Notes: generated by a model from the letters alone, not told the origin. A stretch of 64,000 nucleotides of DNA from a virus (IMGVR_UViG_3300021170_000010:1-64000), one strand, 5' to 3'. Shown: positions 41,491-51,622, counted from the first letter of the stretch. Translations and numbers: made by a program.

Positions 41491-41895
41491 CTATCGCGCT
41501 CCGAAGCGGAGCATCACCTTTCCCTTAACCACTTCTCTTCCGAGAAGGACGTGGCCCTTCGCGCGGGCGACGGCCATGTGGCGCTGGACGGTATACCCCT
41601 GCTTTAACTTCCCCATCCAGGTATCGTCGAATTTAGCGCTATGATCATACGCGGAGATAACGGCCTGATAGGTTCCGTCTGGCTGTTTAGAGAAGCCGAT
41701 ATCATTCGACGCGCTAATCCCGGTATTCTGGCGTCTGATTATGATATTAGCCTTCTCGTTTCGCTGGTCTCCGCCGTATCCGTAGAGGGGTTGCGCCTCG
41801 GAATGGACTTCATATTTGAACCCCATGTCATCGAGCGCCGCGCAGAGATACCGTTCATCGCGGATCGTAGTCTCAAAAATTCCATACTTTGACAT
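41491..41895 (-). CDS. DUF1257/Ycf35-like protein
   Basis: T.I.D...L..AL..MG, L.GY.G..R, NDIGF....DG.Y. Confidence 0.8.
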   Translation of the reverse strand: MSKYGIFETTIRDERYLCAALDDMGFKYEVHSEAQPLYGYGGDQRNEKANIIIRRQNTGISASNDIGFSKQPDGTYQAVISAYDHSAKFDDTWMGKLKQGYTVQRHMAVARAKGHVLLGREVVKGKVMLRFGAR

Positions 41896-41915
41896 TTTAC
41901 GGTTGTCTCCTATTC

Positions 41916-42356
41916 TTAGTTTGTGGAATTCCAATGGTCTCGTTGCCATTGATTATGGCAGATACTGCAAAATCGGCTACCGCTAGCTGAGTTAATAGAA
42001 TCGTACGGATGGCCGTTTTTGCAATGCGTCTTACGGGCGTTAATAGCTGCTGGAGATTCGCCGCGTTCTTTATTGATTGAGAGAGGCACTGGATCTAGAT
42101 GTGATGGACGAACACATCGTCTATTTCGGCAAAGATGATCAAGCGTTAGACCGTCCGGGATTGGTCCGACGGAAATCTCGTATGAATAGCGATGGGTTAA
42201 TAGCACTCCACGTGGACGACGATTAATTTGGCCATATCCTGTAGCAGCCATAATGTATCCGGTCCATTCCCAACACGCACCTAAGTCCGGCCTTATAATC
42301 GGTCCATCTTTATTAACGCGCTTCCAGAAGTCCGATTCCGTAGCTCTAGCTGACAT
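41916..42356 (-). CDS. HNH homing endonuclease
   Basis: CW.WTG, GYG, HR.SYE...GPIP.GL.LDHLCRNR.CV.P.HL, KTHC..GH. Confidence 0.92.
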   Translation of the reverse strand: MSARATESDFWKRVNKDGPIIRPDLGACWEWTGYIMAATGYGQINRRPRGVLLTHRYSYEISVGPIPDGLTLDHLCRNRRCVRPSHLDPVPLSINKERGESPAAINARKTHCKNGHPYDSINSASGSRFCSICHNQWQRDHWNSTN

Positions 42357-42480
42357 GGCGTCTCTCCTGATCCCAGTACGGAGAATGGCACTTCGGGCAA
42401 CAGCGCGGTTCCTTCGTAGACCTGCGCCACCATACGTGAAGGCAGCGCAGGCAGTGTAGTGGATTCTTGATTGATCGCAT
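42346..42480 (-). CDS. 44-aa zinc-ribbon protein (absent from ORF track)
   Basis: CLRCLHVWWRR....PRCCPKCHSPYW. Confidence 0.7.
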   Translation of the reverse strand: MRSIKNPLHCLRCLHVWWRRSTKEPRCCPKCHSPYWDQERRHVS

Positions 42481-42485
42481 ACCTA

Positions 42486-42516
42486 TAGCGTAATACGATA
42501 ATAATATATTACGCTA
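42486..42516. promoter_or_regulatory. Palindromic operator/promoter
   Basis: Perfect 10-bp inverted repeat TAGCGTAATA-N11-TATTACGCTA. Confidence 0.7.
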
Positions 42517-42528
42517 CTAGTATTTTTA

Positions 42529-44061
42529 CTAGCCGTTTACCTCCAGGAGCCGTGCTCCGTGCTGTTCTTCCTGCCGTTTCCGCTCGTACGTTCCCGCGTA
42601 GGAAGCTGAGATGAACTTGCCGTCCGCCTGTTCGCGGAGGCGCTGAATGACATCCGGCGAAGACTTCGCGACCGGAACGATGTAGGCTGATGCTTCGATC
42701 AGAGAGATCCGGAAGCGGTATGCCGTCTGGCAGCACGTCTGAATCTCCGCACCGGTCCAGTCCTTGTCGGAAGGGATCTTCGCCTGCGCGGACTTCAGTC
42801 CGTACTTGCTGATGTAGAGCTTCCAGATCGCCTTCTTCTCTTCGTCCGTCGGGAGATCGCAGAAGAAAGTTGCGCTCTTGAACCGGCGCTTCATCTCCGG
42901 TGAGAGAGTTCCGAAGCTATTGCACGTCGCGATGACGAGTACGTACCCCTGCGATACGGCGTCGATCACCTTGAACGTCTGGCGCAAGGCGAGTCCGCTC
43001 TCCCCGACGAGGCTAGACTTCATCGCCCCGAGGTCGAACGCGATGGTCGGCTTCTTATGGCTGCCGCCGGTGCATTTGGCGAGCATCGACTTGCCGCTGC
43101 CAGCCGGTCCGATCAGCAGAACGGCCTGAATGTTCTTCCGCTCTCCCATCCACGTCAGGAGCGCTCCGACCATCTCGGTCGATACTCCGGACGTATCGGT
43201 TCCAGCTCCGGCCAGCTGCTTTTCAATTTCGTCAATCCAAACGACGCAGCGCGGCGGGTCCTGTCCGGCCATCATCCGCTCGAAGTACTGGATCGCGTTG
43301 TCCGAGCCGCGCATGTCCGCGAACGTCTCGCCTCCGCGCCAGACCGTCAGGCCCTTCGTCGCTTCGATCATGGACCGCTTCCGGTCCCAGAGGTCGTCGA
43401 TGGCGAGTCCAGCCTTGCTGATCGACTCCGCGCAAGCCTGCTCTGCAGGGAAAGCCGCCAGGCCGGAGATCGCTTCAACCGCGTCTCCGAGATCGTCCGG
43501 CGCTTCGAGTTTCGCGCTCTTGTAGATTAGCCGGACGATAATACCGAGTTGCTTTTCGTCCGGCAGCGGCTCGTCGATCACGCGGACGTCCTGCTGGATC
43601 TCGGTGGGAAGGTCCATAGCCGGACAGACGAGCACGAGCATCCGTCCGGACGACTTGTAGTAGTCGCGGAGATTCCAGACGGCCTGAGAGACGCCGAGTT
43701 GGCTGATGACGCGGTGGGCGTTCAGGAAGAACGTGATCGCGCCGTTCATCCGCATTCTTCCGCTTTCGTCCGGTTCGCTACCCTGAATCCCCATGAGGAC
43801 CTGGAGCGCCGTGACCGGATCTATGAGTTGATCTGGCATTATTCCTTCCGGCATCCGGAGATCCTTAACAGCCTTCGCTCCGGCTTCTCCGAGTCCGCCG
43901 ATGCCGCGCACGATATCCCACTGGATAAACGGCGTTCCGTCTCCGTTGAATAATTCGCGGATGGCCTTGATCGTCGCAGCGGGGTCCGCCGTCTGGACGC
44001 AGACGATGGGTGTGCACGCGGTTCGCGCCGCGCGGAATTGAGTGATGAGAGTCTTCGTCAT
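42529..44061 (-). CDS. Ycf46-like AAA+ ATPase
   Basis: WDIV.G N-domain, WIDEIEK, GPAGSGKS, M.SSLVGES, ATCN, RRF. Confidence 0.85.
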   Translation of the reverse strand: MTKTLITQFRAARTACTPIVCVQTADPAATIKAIRELFNGDGTPFIQWDIVRGIGGLGEAGAKAVKDLRMPEGIMPDQLIDPVTALQVLMGIQGSEPDESGRMRMNGAITFFLNAHRVISQLGVSQAVWNLRDYYKSSGRMLVLVCPAMDLPTEIQQDVRVIDEPLPDEKQLGIIVRLIYKSAKLEAPDDLGDAVEAISGLAAFPAEQACAESISKAGLAIDDLWDRKRSMIEATKGLTVWRGGETFADMRGSDNAIQYFERMMAGQDPPRCVVWIDEIEKQLAGAGTDTSGVSTEMVGALLTWMGERKNIQAVLLIGPAGSGKSMLAKCTGGSHKKPTIAFDLGAMKSSLVGESGLALRQTFKVIDAVSQGYVLVIATCNSFGTLSPEMKRRFKSATFFCDLPTDEEKKAIWKLYISKYGLKSAQAKIPSDKDWTGAEIQTCCQTAYRFRISLIEASAYIVPVAKSSPDVIQRLREQADGKFISASYAGTYERKRQEEQHGARLLEVNG

Positions 44062-45315
44062 GCGGCCTTCCTTTCTTTCCGCAGAGCCGCCGGATTGCCG
44101 CAGGCGAAGCATTTCGCCGTTGCGGTTCCTTCGCTTGAGACGGTTATCACAGCCGTCGGATGAGAACATTTAACGCACGGCATCAACGTTATCGCGTACT
44201 TGGTCTTCGTCATTTCTTGCCTTTCTCCTTCGCGGCCATAGACCGCAGTTTTTCGATGATCGAATTGAGGGTGACCTGAGTCTTATGCGCTTCGAGGTCA
44301 TCCCAATGATTCAGTCCGCAGCCGGAGCACTTCTCCTTCTTCGGGCGTAGCTTCGTAGCGTAGCGCTTTAGGATAACGAGCGCTTCGAGAGCCGCCTTAC
44401 CGCCTTCGGATAAAGCCGCGCAGGTCGGATTATCCGGATGATGATAACTGCGGCAGGATTCGCACCACGGGAAGCCGTTCTTATCGTCTCGATAATGAAA
44501 CGGACACGTCGATTGCGTTCCTTCGAGAACGCGCTTGCAATGATCGCACGTGTCCGGCCTCATTCCGGCTGCGATGGTTAGGTTGTTCATGATGCCTCCT
44601 TGCGCGGAGCGTTCATAGCCGCGCCCGACTCCGTCATTTCCTTGATGCAGACCGGGCACAAGAGCATACCGGCGAAGGCGACGCCGTGGGATATGCAGAC
44701 CGTCCGCTCGCAGTCGCATTCGAACTGCGGACAGCCGGAGCAGAGATCCGCGCCGCACGTCGCGCACGGCTTCGTTTCGATCAAGGCGTGCTCTCCGTCT
44801 TCGTCTGCCTGGATCGGAACGTGGTGAAGAGCGCGGCAGCGCGCGCATTCGAGAAGGACCTTCGAGGGAAGGCTAGCCATAGTTGACCATTCCTTCCGCG
44901 TCGATGGCCGCTTGGATGATCGCGGAGAGTTGCGTTAGACGTTCGGTGAAGTAGCCGTCGTCCGTTCCGCATTCGATCCAGCGTCCGCCGTTCTTCGTAC
45001 GGGTTTCTTCCGTCGGTCGTCCGGTATCGAGAGCGGGAACCGCGATTAGCGATTGAAGCGCGAAGGTAACGCGCTCCTGAAGGTCCTGAAGCGAGCCGTC
45101 TCCGAACGTTCCGCAGTATTCCGCTCCGGGGAATCCGAGGAGTTCCATGATGCGGCAGAAGTTTCCGTTGGCGACGTTTAGCTCCCACGGATTCTGATTG
45201 GTCTGAATGCGTCCGTACTCGGCGTTATCCTCGAAGGTCGGCTGCCAACCTTCCGGCGCGAGTTCCGTTCCGTCACTGCTATACGCTGAAAACGTTACGC
45301 TCATAGGATCTCCTT

Positions 45316-46860
45316 TTAATCGCAGTCCATCGTCTGGAGGTAGATCGGCGAGACGCCGAAGAACGCTTCCGTCTCGGCCTTCGCGCGGTGATCGAAGCGC
45401 GACTGCTGGCGTCCGGTATAGAGCCGGTATCCGGTTCCGAAGCCGGACGGCGTGAAGCTGTGGGATTTACCGGCCTTGAGTTCTGCCGTTACCTGCGCCT
45501 TCAGTTCCGGCGTGGCCAGGAAGCCGAGACCGGGGATCGACTCCGACCGGTCGATCCGCGCGCGGGATTCCGCTACCCGCTTAATTTGGTCACGGAATCG
45601 CTGTAGGACGTCCTCTACGGTGTCCGCCAGTTGCAGGTAGAAGGAATCCTCTACCCCGGTCCGGTCGAACGTCCTGACGCCCTGAGACGTCGTGAACGAG
45701 GTATGGCCGGAAGCCTTCGAGTCGTAGCTTGCGGGTTTCTCCTTTCCGGCATTTCGCCCGTAGAAGCGGAGCGTGATCGTGATACCGTCCGGCGACTTTG
45801 CCGTAAAGGTCGGCGTGATGAGCGCCTTGTCTCCGTATCCCCACCGGTCTTCTCCGACGGCTCCGGTCCATCCGGTGAACTCCGGAAGCGGTACGAAGAC
45901 GTCCGGAAGCTCCGGACAGAAGGAACCGTCCGCGTGGCAGATCGCCGCGAAGAGATCGGTAGCGGAGAACTCGACCGGCTTCCGGTGCTCGCGGCAGGTC
46001 TTCTCGATGATGGTCGCGTTCGGCGGCGCTTCGCCGTCGTGAACGTGCCACTCGTCCGGACCGTTGAAGAGATGCGGACGGTCCGAGTAGTGAGACGCCG
46101 AACAGTGGAAGATCACTTCGGAAGCGGCTGCGCTCGCGGCCAGCTTGTCAATGTCGAGGCCATCCGGCGTAAGAGAAGCCTTGACCGCTTCCATCGCTGC
46201 GAACCGCGTCATCCCGAGAACGATGTGCGCGATCTGGTCGATATGGAGAGGCACTTTATTCCAGGCCTTCTTAAAGACGTCCGCCACGAGGTCCTTACGG
46301 CGGTCGAATCTGCGGATCTGATACTCCGCGTTCAGGTCTTCTCCGAACGGACGCCAGAGGAAGCTCTTCGACGGATCGGTGAGTTCCGCGAGCGTCCGGT
46401 TCGGAACCGTGACGTACGTCTTTCCGACTTCCCCGTTCTTCCGGAGGAGCCGGATGATGACCTGGCCGACCATCGCGCGGGCGTAAGAAGCTATGTTCTC
46501 CGGGTGAACCGTCTCGCGCGTGACGATCTCGATGCGCCCCTTCTCGCCGGCGAGCTTCATCGTGAGTCCCGGCTTCTGCTGGTAGCGGTCGAGGTACTTC
46601 CACTCGGCCATCAGCGTGCCGACCGGCCACGGAGTCTTGACGCTCTCTAGCGTGATCCGGTCCGATTCCGCCTGGAGCGCTTGAGCCGCTAAGTTAACGG
46701 TATTCGTCGCTTCACGGATACGATCACCGAATAGCGTGTAGATCGTTCTGTTTAACTCCGCTTCGAGCGCGGACTTCTTAGCGTATTTCTCACTCTCGAT
46801 CTTGCTCTTGCTTTCCCGAGCGGCGTTAAGAGCCGCGCGGAGTTCTTCGATGTTCGGCAT
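45316..46860 (-). CDS. Large hypothetical, probably multi-domain protein
   Basis: Long ORF with GGAGG SD. Confidence 0.55.
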   Translation of the reverse strand: MPNIEELRAALNAARESKSKIESEKYAKKSALEAELNRTIYTLFGDRIREATNTVNLAAQALQAESDRITLESVKTPWPVGTLMAEWKYLDRYQQKPGLTMKLAGEKGRIEIVTRETVHPENIASYARAMVGQVIIRLLRKNGEVGKTYVTVPNRTLAELTDPSKSFLWRPFGEDLNAEYQIRRFDRRKDLVADVFKKAWNKVPLHIDQIAHIVLGMTRFAAMEAVKASLTPDGLDIDKLAASAAASEVIFHCSASHYSDRPHLFNGPDEWHVHDGEAPPNATIIEKTCREHRKPVEFSATDLFAAICHADGSFCPELPDVFVPLPEFTGWTGAVGEDRWGYGDKALITPTFTAKSPDGITITLRFYGRNAGKEKPASYDSKASGHTSFTTSQGVRTFDRTGVEDSFYLQLADTVEDVLQRFRDQIKRVAESRARIDRSESIPGLGFLATPELKAQVTAELKAGKSHSFTPSGFGTGYRLYTGRQQSRFDHRAKAETEAFFGVSPIYLQTMDCD

Positions 46861-46862
46861 GG

Positions 46863-47048
46863 TTAATTGACCTCCACGTATTCCATCATCAGTTGAAGCG
46901 CGGCGTCGTAGGACGCGCACGCGAACAGGCGAGAGTTAAACTCCTTCGCCTTCTCGGGTTGGCCAGCGGTCTTCAGCGCGCGGGATACCTTCCCAGCAAG
47001 CGTGAAGACGTTTCCGTCGGTTCCGGTCAATTTCACTTTCGGCTTCAT
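46863..47048 (-). CDS. Small conserved-looking phage protein
   Basis: VKL.G.DGN.F.L.G.V..AL. Confidence 0.65.
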   Translation of the reverse strand: MKPKVKLTGTDGNVFTLAGKVSRALKTAGQPEKAKEFNSRLFACASYDAALQLMMEYVEVN

Positions 47049-47540
47049 ACGTTAAATCTCCTTTGGCGGCTGCGATCCTCAAGCCGCGTCTCTCGTAGTA
47101 CTTCACTTTCTCGCGCCACTTCTTGACGTCTTTCTCCTTGCGGCCTCAGCCGCTCTCTATGTTCTACCTTTCCGCGCGCCACTGGGCGATATAGGCGTCG
47201 CACCGCGCCTGAAATGGAAGCGCCATCAGCTTCGCTTCCGCGCGGCGCTGGAGCCTTCGGATCTGCTTCGAGATGGCCACGGCGCGCTCGTCGTTCGAAG
47301 AGGTAGAGCGGCAGGACCGGACCGGCTCCGGCGCTACCACGGCCAGCGGAGTAGGCGCGGCAGCCGCTTTACGCCACTCGTAGATCTCCGGACCGTAGTC
47401 GGCCAGGAGTTGCTTCTCGACGGAGGAGTAGTGCTTTACGTCTTCGAAGGCGACGGCGTGGAAGCCGCGCGCGAACAGGAGAGCGTCCGTCATCGGCTGG
47501 ACCGGGACGATGCGGAGGAGCGTAGAGTAGGCGAACATGG

Positions 47541-47897
47541 CTAGTACCCCATCTCCCGTTCTTCGCGCTCATCGCGGTAGCAGTCCGAGCAGACGCCGTT
47601 TTTGTAGATGCGCGGCCAACCGCGCAGGTTCGGAGTTGCGCCGCATTCGCGGCACTTGCGCGGAGCGGGTTTGCAGTCGAGGCAGATCGTGTACGGCTCC
47701 TTGATCGACTTGCCGCACTTCGAGCACTTGCCGGGAACGCGCGGTGCTTCCGCCGGAGCGTCCGCGACGATCTTCTGCGCGTCGGCTAGCTTCGCGCTCG
47801 TGATCGTCCAGCACTTGGAGTCGGCGTCCCACTTCGCGCCGAGCGCTTTAAGCGCATCCTTGACGGGATACGTATTACCGGTGATCTTGGCTTGCAT
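47541..47897 (-). CDS. DUF5710-like domain plus zinc fingers
   Basis: GNTYPVKD.LKALG.KWD...K.W; CxxC pairs. Confidence 0.6.
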   Translation of the reverse strand: MQAKITGNTYPVKDALKALGAKWDADSKCWTITSAKLADAQKIVADAPAEAPRVPGKCSKCGKSIKEPYTICLDCKPAPRKCRECGATPNLRGWPRIYKNGVCSDCYRDEREEREMGY

Positions 47898-48159
47898 GGC
47901 TAGTTAACTCCCTTCGCGGCTAGGATCTCAGCGATGGTCGCGGTGGCCGTCTTCCGCACCGGAGGCGTTAGCGGCCTGCGGTCATTGATCAGGTTGCGGG
48001 TGGACATGAGGATCAGCGCGTACTGCGCGTCCAGGATGCGGGCGTTCATGCGTGCGGTCATTGTGAATTCTCCTTGGGAGAACGCTCTCTGCGTAAACCC
48101 GAATAGCGGCTCTCACGAGCGGCTATTTTCGACCGGATCTCACGGTCTCTTCAGGGGTC

Positions 48160-48696
48160 TTAGATACCGAACGCGCTGACGTCGATCTCGACGGCCTGCG
48201 GCACTTCGACCGTCGGATGGTCGATCAGGCCGAGCGCGTCCGCGATTACCGCCGTGATCGGATTCGCGATGCCGAGCATCACGCTGTAGCGCTCCGCTTT
48301 CTCGTTGCGCGTTTCGGCCCACGCTGCGTAATTCCACGACGTAGCGGGCGGAGGCGTAAGCGCCTTATCAAGTAGCTTCTGCGCGACCTTGCGCCACCGC
48401 GCTTCCGGCGTCATCTTGCGGAGTTCCGCAGCCATTCCGGAGCACGTCGGAAGCGAGCCGTCCGGCATACAGATCTGGTAGCCGTCCACCCCACCGCGTC
48501 CCTTGCGAATGTCCTTCTGGCCATATGCGAGAAGCGTTCCGGGCTCGGCGTCGAACGAAAACTCTCCGGCCTGTCCCCAGCGTCCGTCCCAGTCGAGGAA
48601 CGTAAAGTTTGCGGTCAGCGAAGTCGTCACGATTGCCATCCACGGCTTGCCGTAGCGCTTCTCGTTGTAGGGCGAGGTCTTCTCGGTATACGTCAT
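48160..48696 (-). CDS. Hypothetical first gene of the leftward operon
   Basis: AAAGGAG SD; YN.KRYGKPW.A. Confidence 0.6.
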   Translation of the reverse strand: MTYTEKTSPYNEKRYGKPWMAIVTTSLTANFTFLDWDGRWGQAGEFSFDAEPGTLLAYGQKDIRKGRGGVDGYQICMPDGSLPTCSGMAAELRKMTPEARWRKVAQKLLDKALTPPPATSWNYAAWAETRNEKAERYSVMLGIANPITAVIADALGLIDHPTVEVPQAVEIDVSAFGI

Positions 48697-48711
48697 GATG
48701 TCTAATCTCCT

Positions 48712-49222
48712 TTGATCTGTTCGCGTCATCAGCGGCACCGCGTGAAGGTCAGATCATTGCCGCCATAGGGATGGCTTTCCATCCCCTTGCTGTTTCATCG
48801 TCCCGATTCGTTTATCGTTAGTTGCGTCTCGGGCCGTTCCCGCTTCCGCCCTTCTTCCGTCGGACCGTTCCAGCTTTACTGGCGTCTCTGATCGGCTTTC
48901 TCGGGCGTCTTCGGCTCTAGTAGATTTCGCGTATCCCCCTGGCCTCGGAAGTTATCCATCTCGTCCCGGTCTCGAATCTTTCGCGCGGCGCGCTTACTGT
49001 CGGGTGGAAGTTTTCGGAACCGGTACGGGCGGAGGGTTTCGCTATTCTCTATTTCGTATTCGCTGCCGCTGGCGGACGACTTCTCCGCTTTATTTTTCCT
49101 CCGCGAACTATCGGGAGGCGCGTTCCTGATGAGAAAGAGCTTCGTGTCGAGGTCTACTTCAGATCAAGTCCAGACCGGTTGCTTTCCGCCGCTTCGGTCT
49201 GTTCTAACGTCTTCACGCTTTC
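48712..49222 (-). ncRNA. Candidate ~510-nt structured leader/ncRNA
   Basis: Mostly ORF-free; terminal pairing GCGTGAAG/CTTCACGC; GAAA-type loops; -10 TAAGAT upstream. Confidence 0.7.
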
Positions 49223-49223
49223 T

Positions 49224-49352
49224 ATCTTAATACAAGCTAGCTGGAAAAGCTAGAAAAAACGCGTATTTATTTTTCCTACCTAAACCCTTTAGATTCAGCA
49301 AAACTACAAAAGCAGGTAGACGGATTAGGCGCAGGTAGCGTAGGATTAAGAT
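49224..49352. promoter_or_regulatory. Divergent promoters
   Basis: AT-rich; TAAGAT on the - strand, TAGGAT on the + strand; CTAGCT..AGCTAG inverted repeat. Confidence 0.6.
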
Positions 49353-49553
49353 ATGGAAGCGAGTTCGAAGCGCGGCCCGATGCCGCTCGCCTGTCCGTAC
49401 TGCCGCCGTCCGTTCGCTGAAGAGTTCGTGATCTCCCTATTTTCGAGCTGGCGAAGCCTTAAGCGGAAGGTCTTTAGCGGAGGAAGGCTCGGAGGACGTC
49501 ATCCGAAGGGATGCGCGTGCGGGCGCTGCGAGTGGTCGCGCGATGCTACCTAA
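49353..49553 (+). CDS. Small basic Cys/His zinc-binding protein
   Basis: CPYC...H...C.C..C; overlaps the tnpB start. Confidence 0.6.
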   Translation: MEASSKRGPMPLACPYCRRPFAEEFVISLFSSWRSLKRKVFSGGRLGGRHPKGCACGRCEWSRDAT

Positions 49554-50679
49554 AATGATCCGCTCGTTCGAGTTCCGATTAAAGCTAACAAAGGCGCAGT
49601 TTCTGGCTTTCGAAGAAATCCTTCGCGATTCCTGCGAGACGTATAATGCCGCGCTCCAGGAGCGTAGGGATGCGTGGAGGATTTGCCGGAAGAAGATTAC
49701 GCTCTATGATCAGTATAATGAATTAACGGAACTGCGCCAAGATCCGCGCTTCGCGACCATTTCCGCTGAAATTCAGCGTGATCCTTTGCGTCGTATCGAC
49801 CGCGCGTTTAAAGCGTTCTTCCGCCGCTGTAAGCGCGGAGAAAAGCCAGGATATCCGCGCTTTAAATCACGCGATCACTACCATTCCTTCGCGTGGGGTT
49901 CTCCAGTTCTAAATCCCGATTCTATCCGTATTCCGAATCTCGGCTTAGTCCGCTATAAGGCCCACCGCCCGCTAGCCGGGACTCCGAAGCAGATCGTCGT
50001 GAAGCGCGTCGGAAAGAAGTGGATCGCGCGGATAGTCTGCGATCTTGGCCCAGCACCGTCGAAGGTGGCCATCTTAAATGCGGTCGGAATCGACCTCGGA
50101 CTGACGACGTTTGCTACGCTTTCGGACGGTTCCGAAGTACCGAATCCGCGCTTCGTTCAGAAGCACGCGCAGTCCATCGCGAGGGCGCAGAAGAATCTGG
50201 CGCGAAAGAAGCGCGGAAGTAAGAACCGGCTCCGCGCGAAAGAATCCGCGCGGCGAGCGTACCAGCGGATGGCGGACGCGCGGAAGAACTTCACGCATTA
50301 CATATCGAAGGAACTCGTGGCGCGGTACGACCTGATCGCGCACGAAGATTTGAAGATCGCGAATATGGCGCGAGGCCACTTCGCGAAGTCTATTTTAGGA
50401 GCGGCGTGGGGACAACTGCTATTTCAGTTAGCGTACAAGGCTGAGAGCGCCGGACGCTACGTGATAGCCGTTAATCCCCGGAATACGTCCCAGATCTGTT
50501 CACAGTGCGGCGCGCTAGTTCGGAAGAAACTCTCCGAACGTCAGCACGTCTGCGCCTGCGGAGCGGACCTGGGACGCGATCATAATGCCGCGATCAACGT
50601 ATTGAACCTTGGGCTCGGTAGGAGCCTTGCAGCTGCGCAGGCGGCTTCAGAAGGATCAGTAAAATCCGCTACCCGCTAA
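49543..50679 (+). CDS. tnpB: TnpB RNA-guided endonuclease with intact D-E-D triad
   Basis: YNAAL.ER, G.KPGYPRFK, VGIDLG, IAHEDL, TSQ.CS.CG, RD.NAA.N. Confidence 0.95.
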   Translation: MLPKMIRSFEFRLKLTKAQFLAFEEILRDSCETYNAALQERRDAWRICRKKITLYDQYNELTELRQDPRFATISAEIQRDPLRRIDRAFKAFFRRCKRGEKPGYPRFKSRDHYHSFAWGSPVLNPDSIRIPNLGLVRYKAHRPLAGTPKQIVVKRVGKKWIARIVCDLGPAPSKVAILNAVGIDLGLTTFATLSDGSEVPNPRFVQKHAQSIARAQKNLARKKRGSKNRLRAKESARRAYQRMADARKNFTHYISKELVARYDLIAHEDLKIANMARGHFAKSILGAAWGQLLFQLAYKAESAGRYVIAVNPRNTSQICSQCGALVRKKLSERQHVCACGADLGRDHNAAINVLNLGLGRSLAAAQAASEGSVKSATR

Positions 50680-50684
50680 TCTCT

Positions 50685-51077
50685 TCACGCTAGTTTTCTT
50701 CGGCATAGGCCGGAGCGCTCTTCATACCATCGCTTCCACTCCTGTGAATCCGCTTCAACGTCTTCTCCGAGAATCATCGTCCGGAATCCGCGCTCACGCA
50801 TAGAGTCGTGCCAGACCCGCTGCGCTAGCGATACGCGGCCATCCTTGGCCTTCGTCTCGATAAACAGGACTTGGCATAGGGTCCGGTCTTCCGCGCCGAC
50901 TACGGGCCGCTGGCAAAGCAAATCTGCGGTACCAGGCAAGTAACCCGGCGGAAGAACCTGCCCCGGTCGATATCCAGGATCGGTTACTGTCACGGTCCAT
51001 CCGTCAAGAGCCAGGATCGTCACTATCGCGCTCTGAATGGCGCTCTCGCGGACCCGGACCTTGGCACGCTTCTTCAT
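50685..51077 (-). CDS. VRR-NUC (PD-(D/E)XK) nuclease
   Basis: ES.IQ..I, G.ADL, FIETK...GR.S..Q..W. Confidence 0.85.
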   Translation of the reverse strand: MKKRAKVRVRESAIQSAIVTILALDGWTVTVTDPGYRPGQVLPPGYLPGTADLLCQRPVVGAEDRTLCQVLFIETKAKDGRVSLAQRVWHDSMRERGFRTMILGEDVEADSQEWKRWYEERSGLCRRKLA

Positions 51078-51622
51078 CGGTATTCGATCTGGTACTCTCC
51101 CGGCAGCATGTCCGGTATAGACCACTTGCCGTCGATAACCGGCGCGGCAGTCTTCTCTCCTAGCGCGTTCGTCGCCACGACCTCGCGGGCATCGGCGGTT
51201 CCCGAGAGGATCACCCGACCGGGGTGGGCTGGGTCGGTGGAGGTGGTATATGGTTTCACCACCTCTGCGGACTTCTCAATCACCATCACATCTGCATCCT
51301 TTGCCCAAGCTCGATAGAATTGAATGCCCTGCTGCCATTCAGGAAACACAAGCTGTACTAATCCCTGAGTAACACGTGCGACCGTAAAATTCTGATCCCA
51401 TTTGCGCAGCACATCTCCCGGCCTCGGGTCCACTCGCGGATCGCGCTCACTCATTGCGGTAACTCCACACGGAAACGAAGCCGGCAATGTGGGCATTTAT
51501 AGTAGTCGCAGCACCCTTCGGAGCATTCACCATCGTCAATCGCATCGGGATGCTGGACACCACCCGCCGTTCCCATAGACACATTCCAAGGAGCATACTT
51601 CGTGCAGACGTACGCATTGCGC

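Noticed and set aside
41895-42530. HNH gene inside a self-splicing intron
   Set aside because: Flanking genes look complete and there is no room for a ribozyme core
48712-48800. CTGATGA on the - strand (48726-32) suggesting a hammerhead ribozyme
   Set aside because: No correctly ordered stem II-GAAA-stem III-UH could be built
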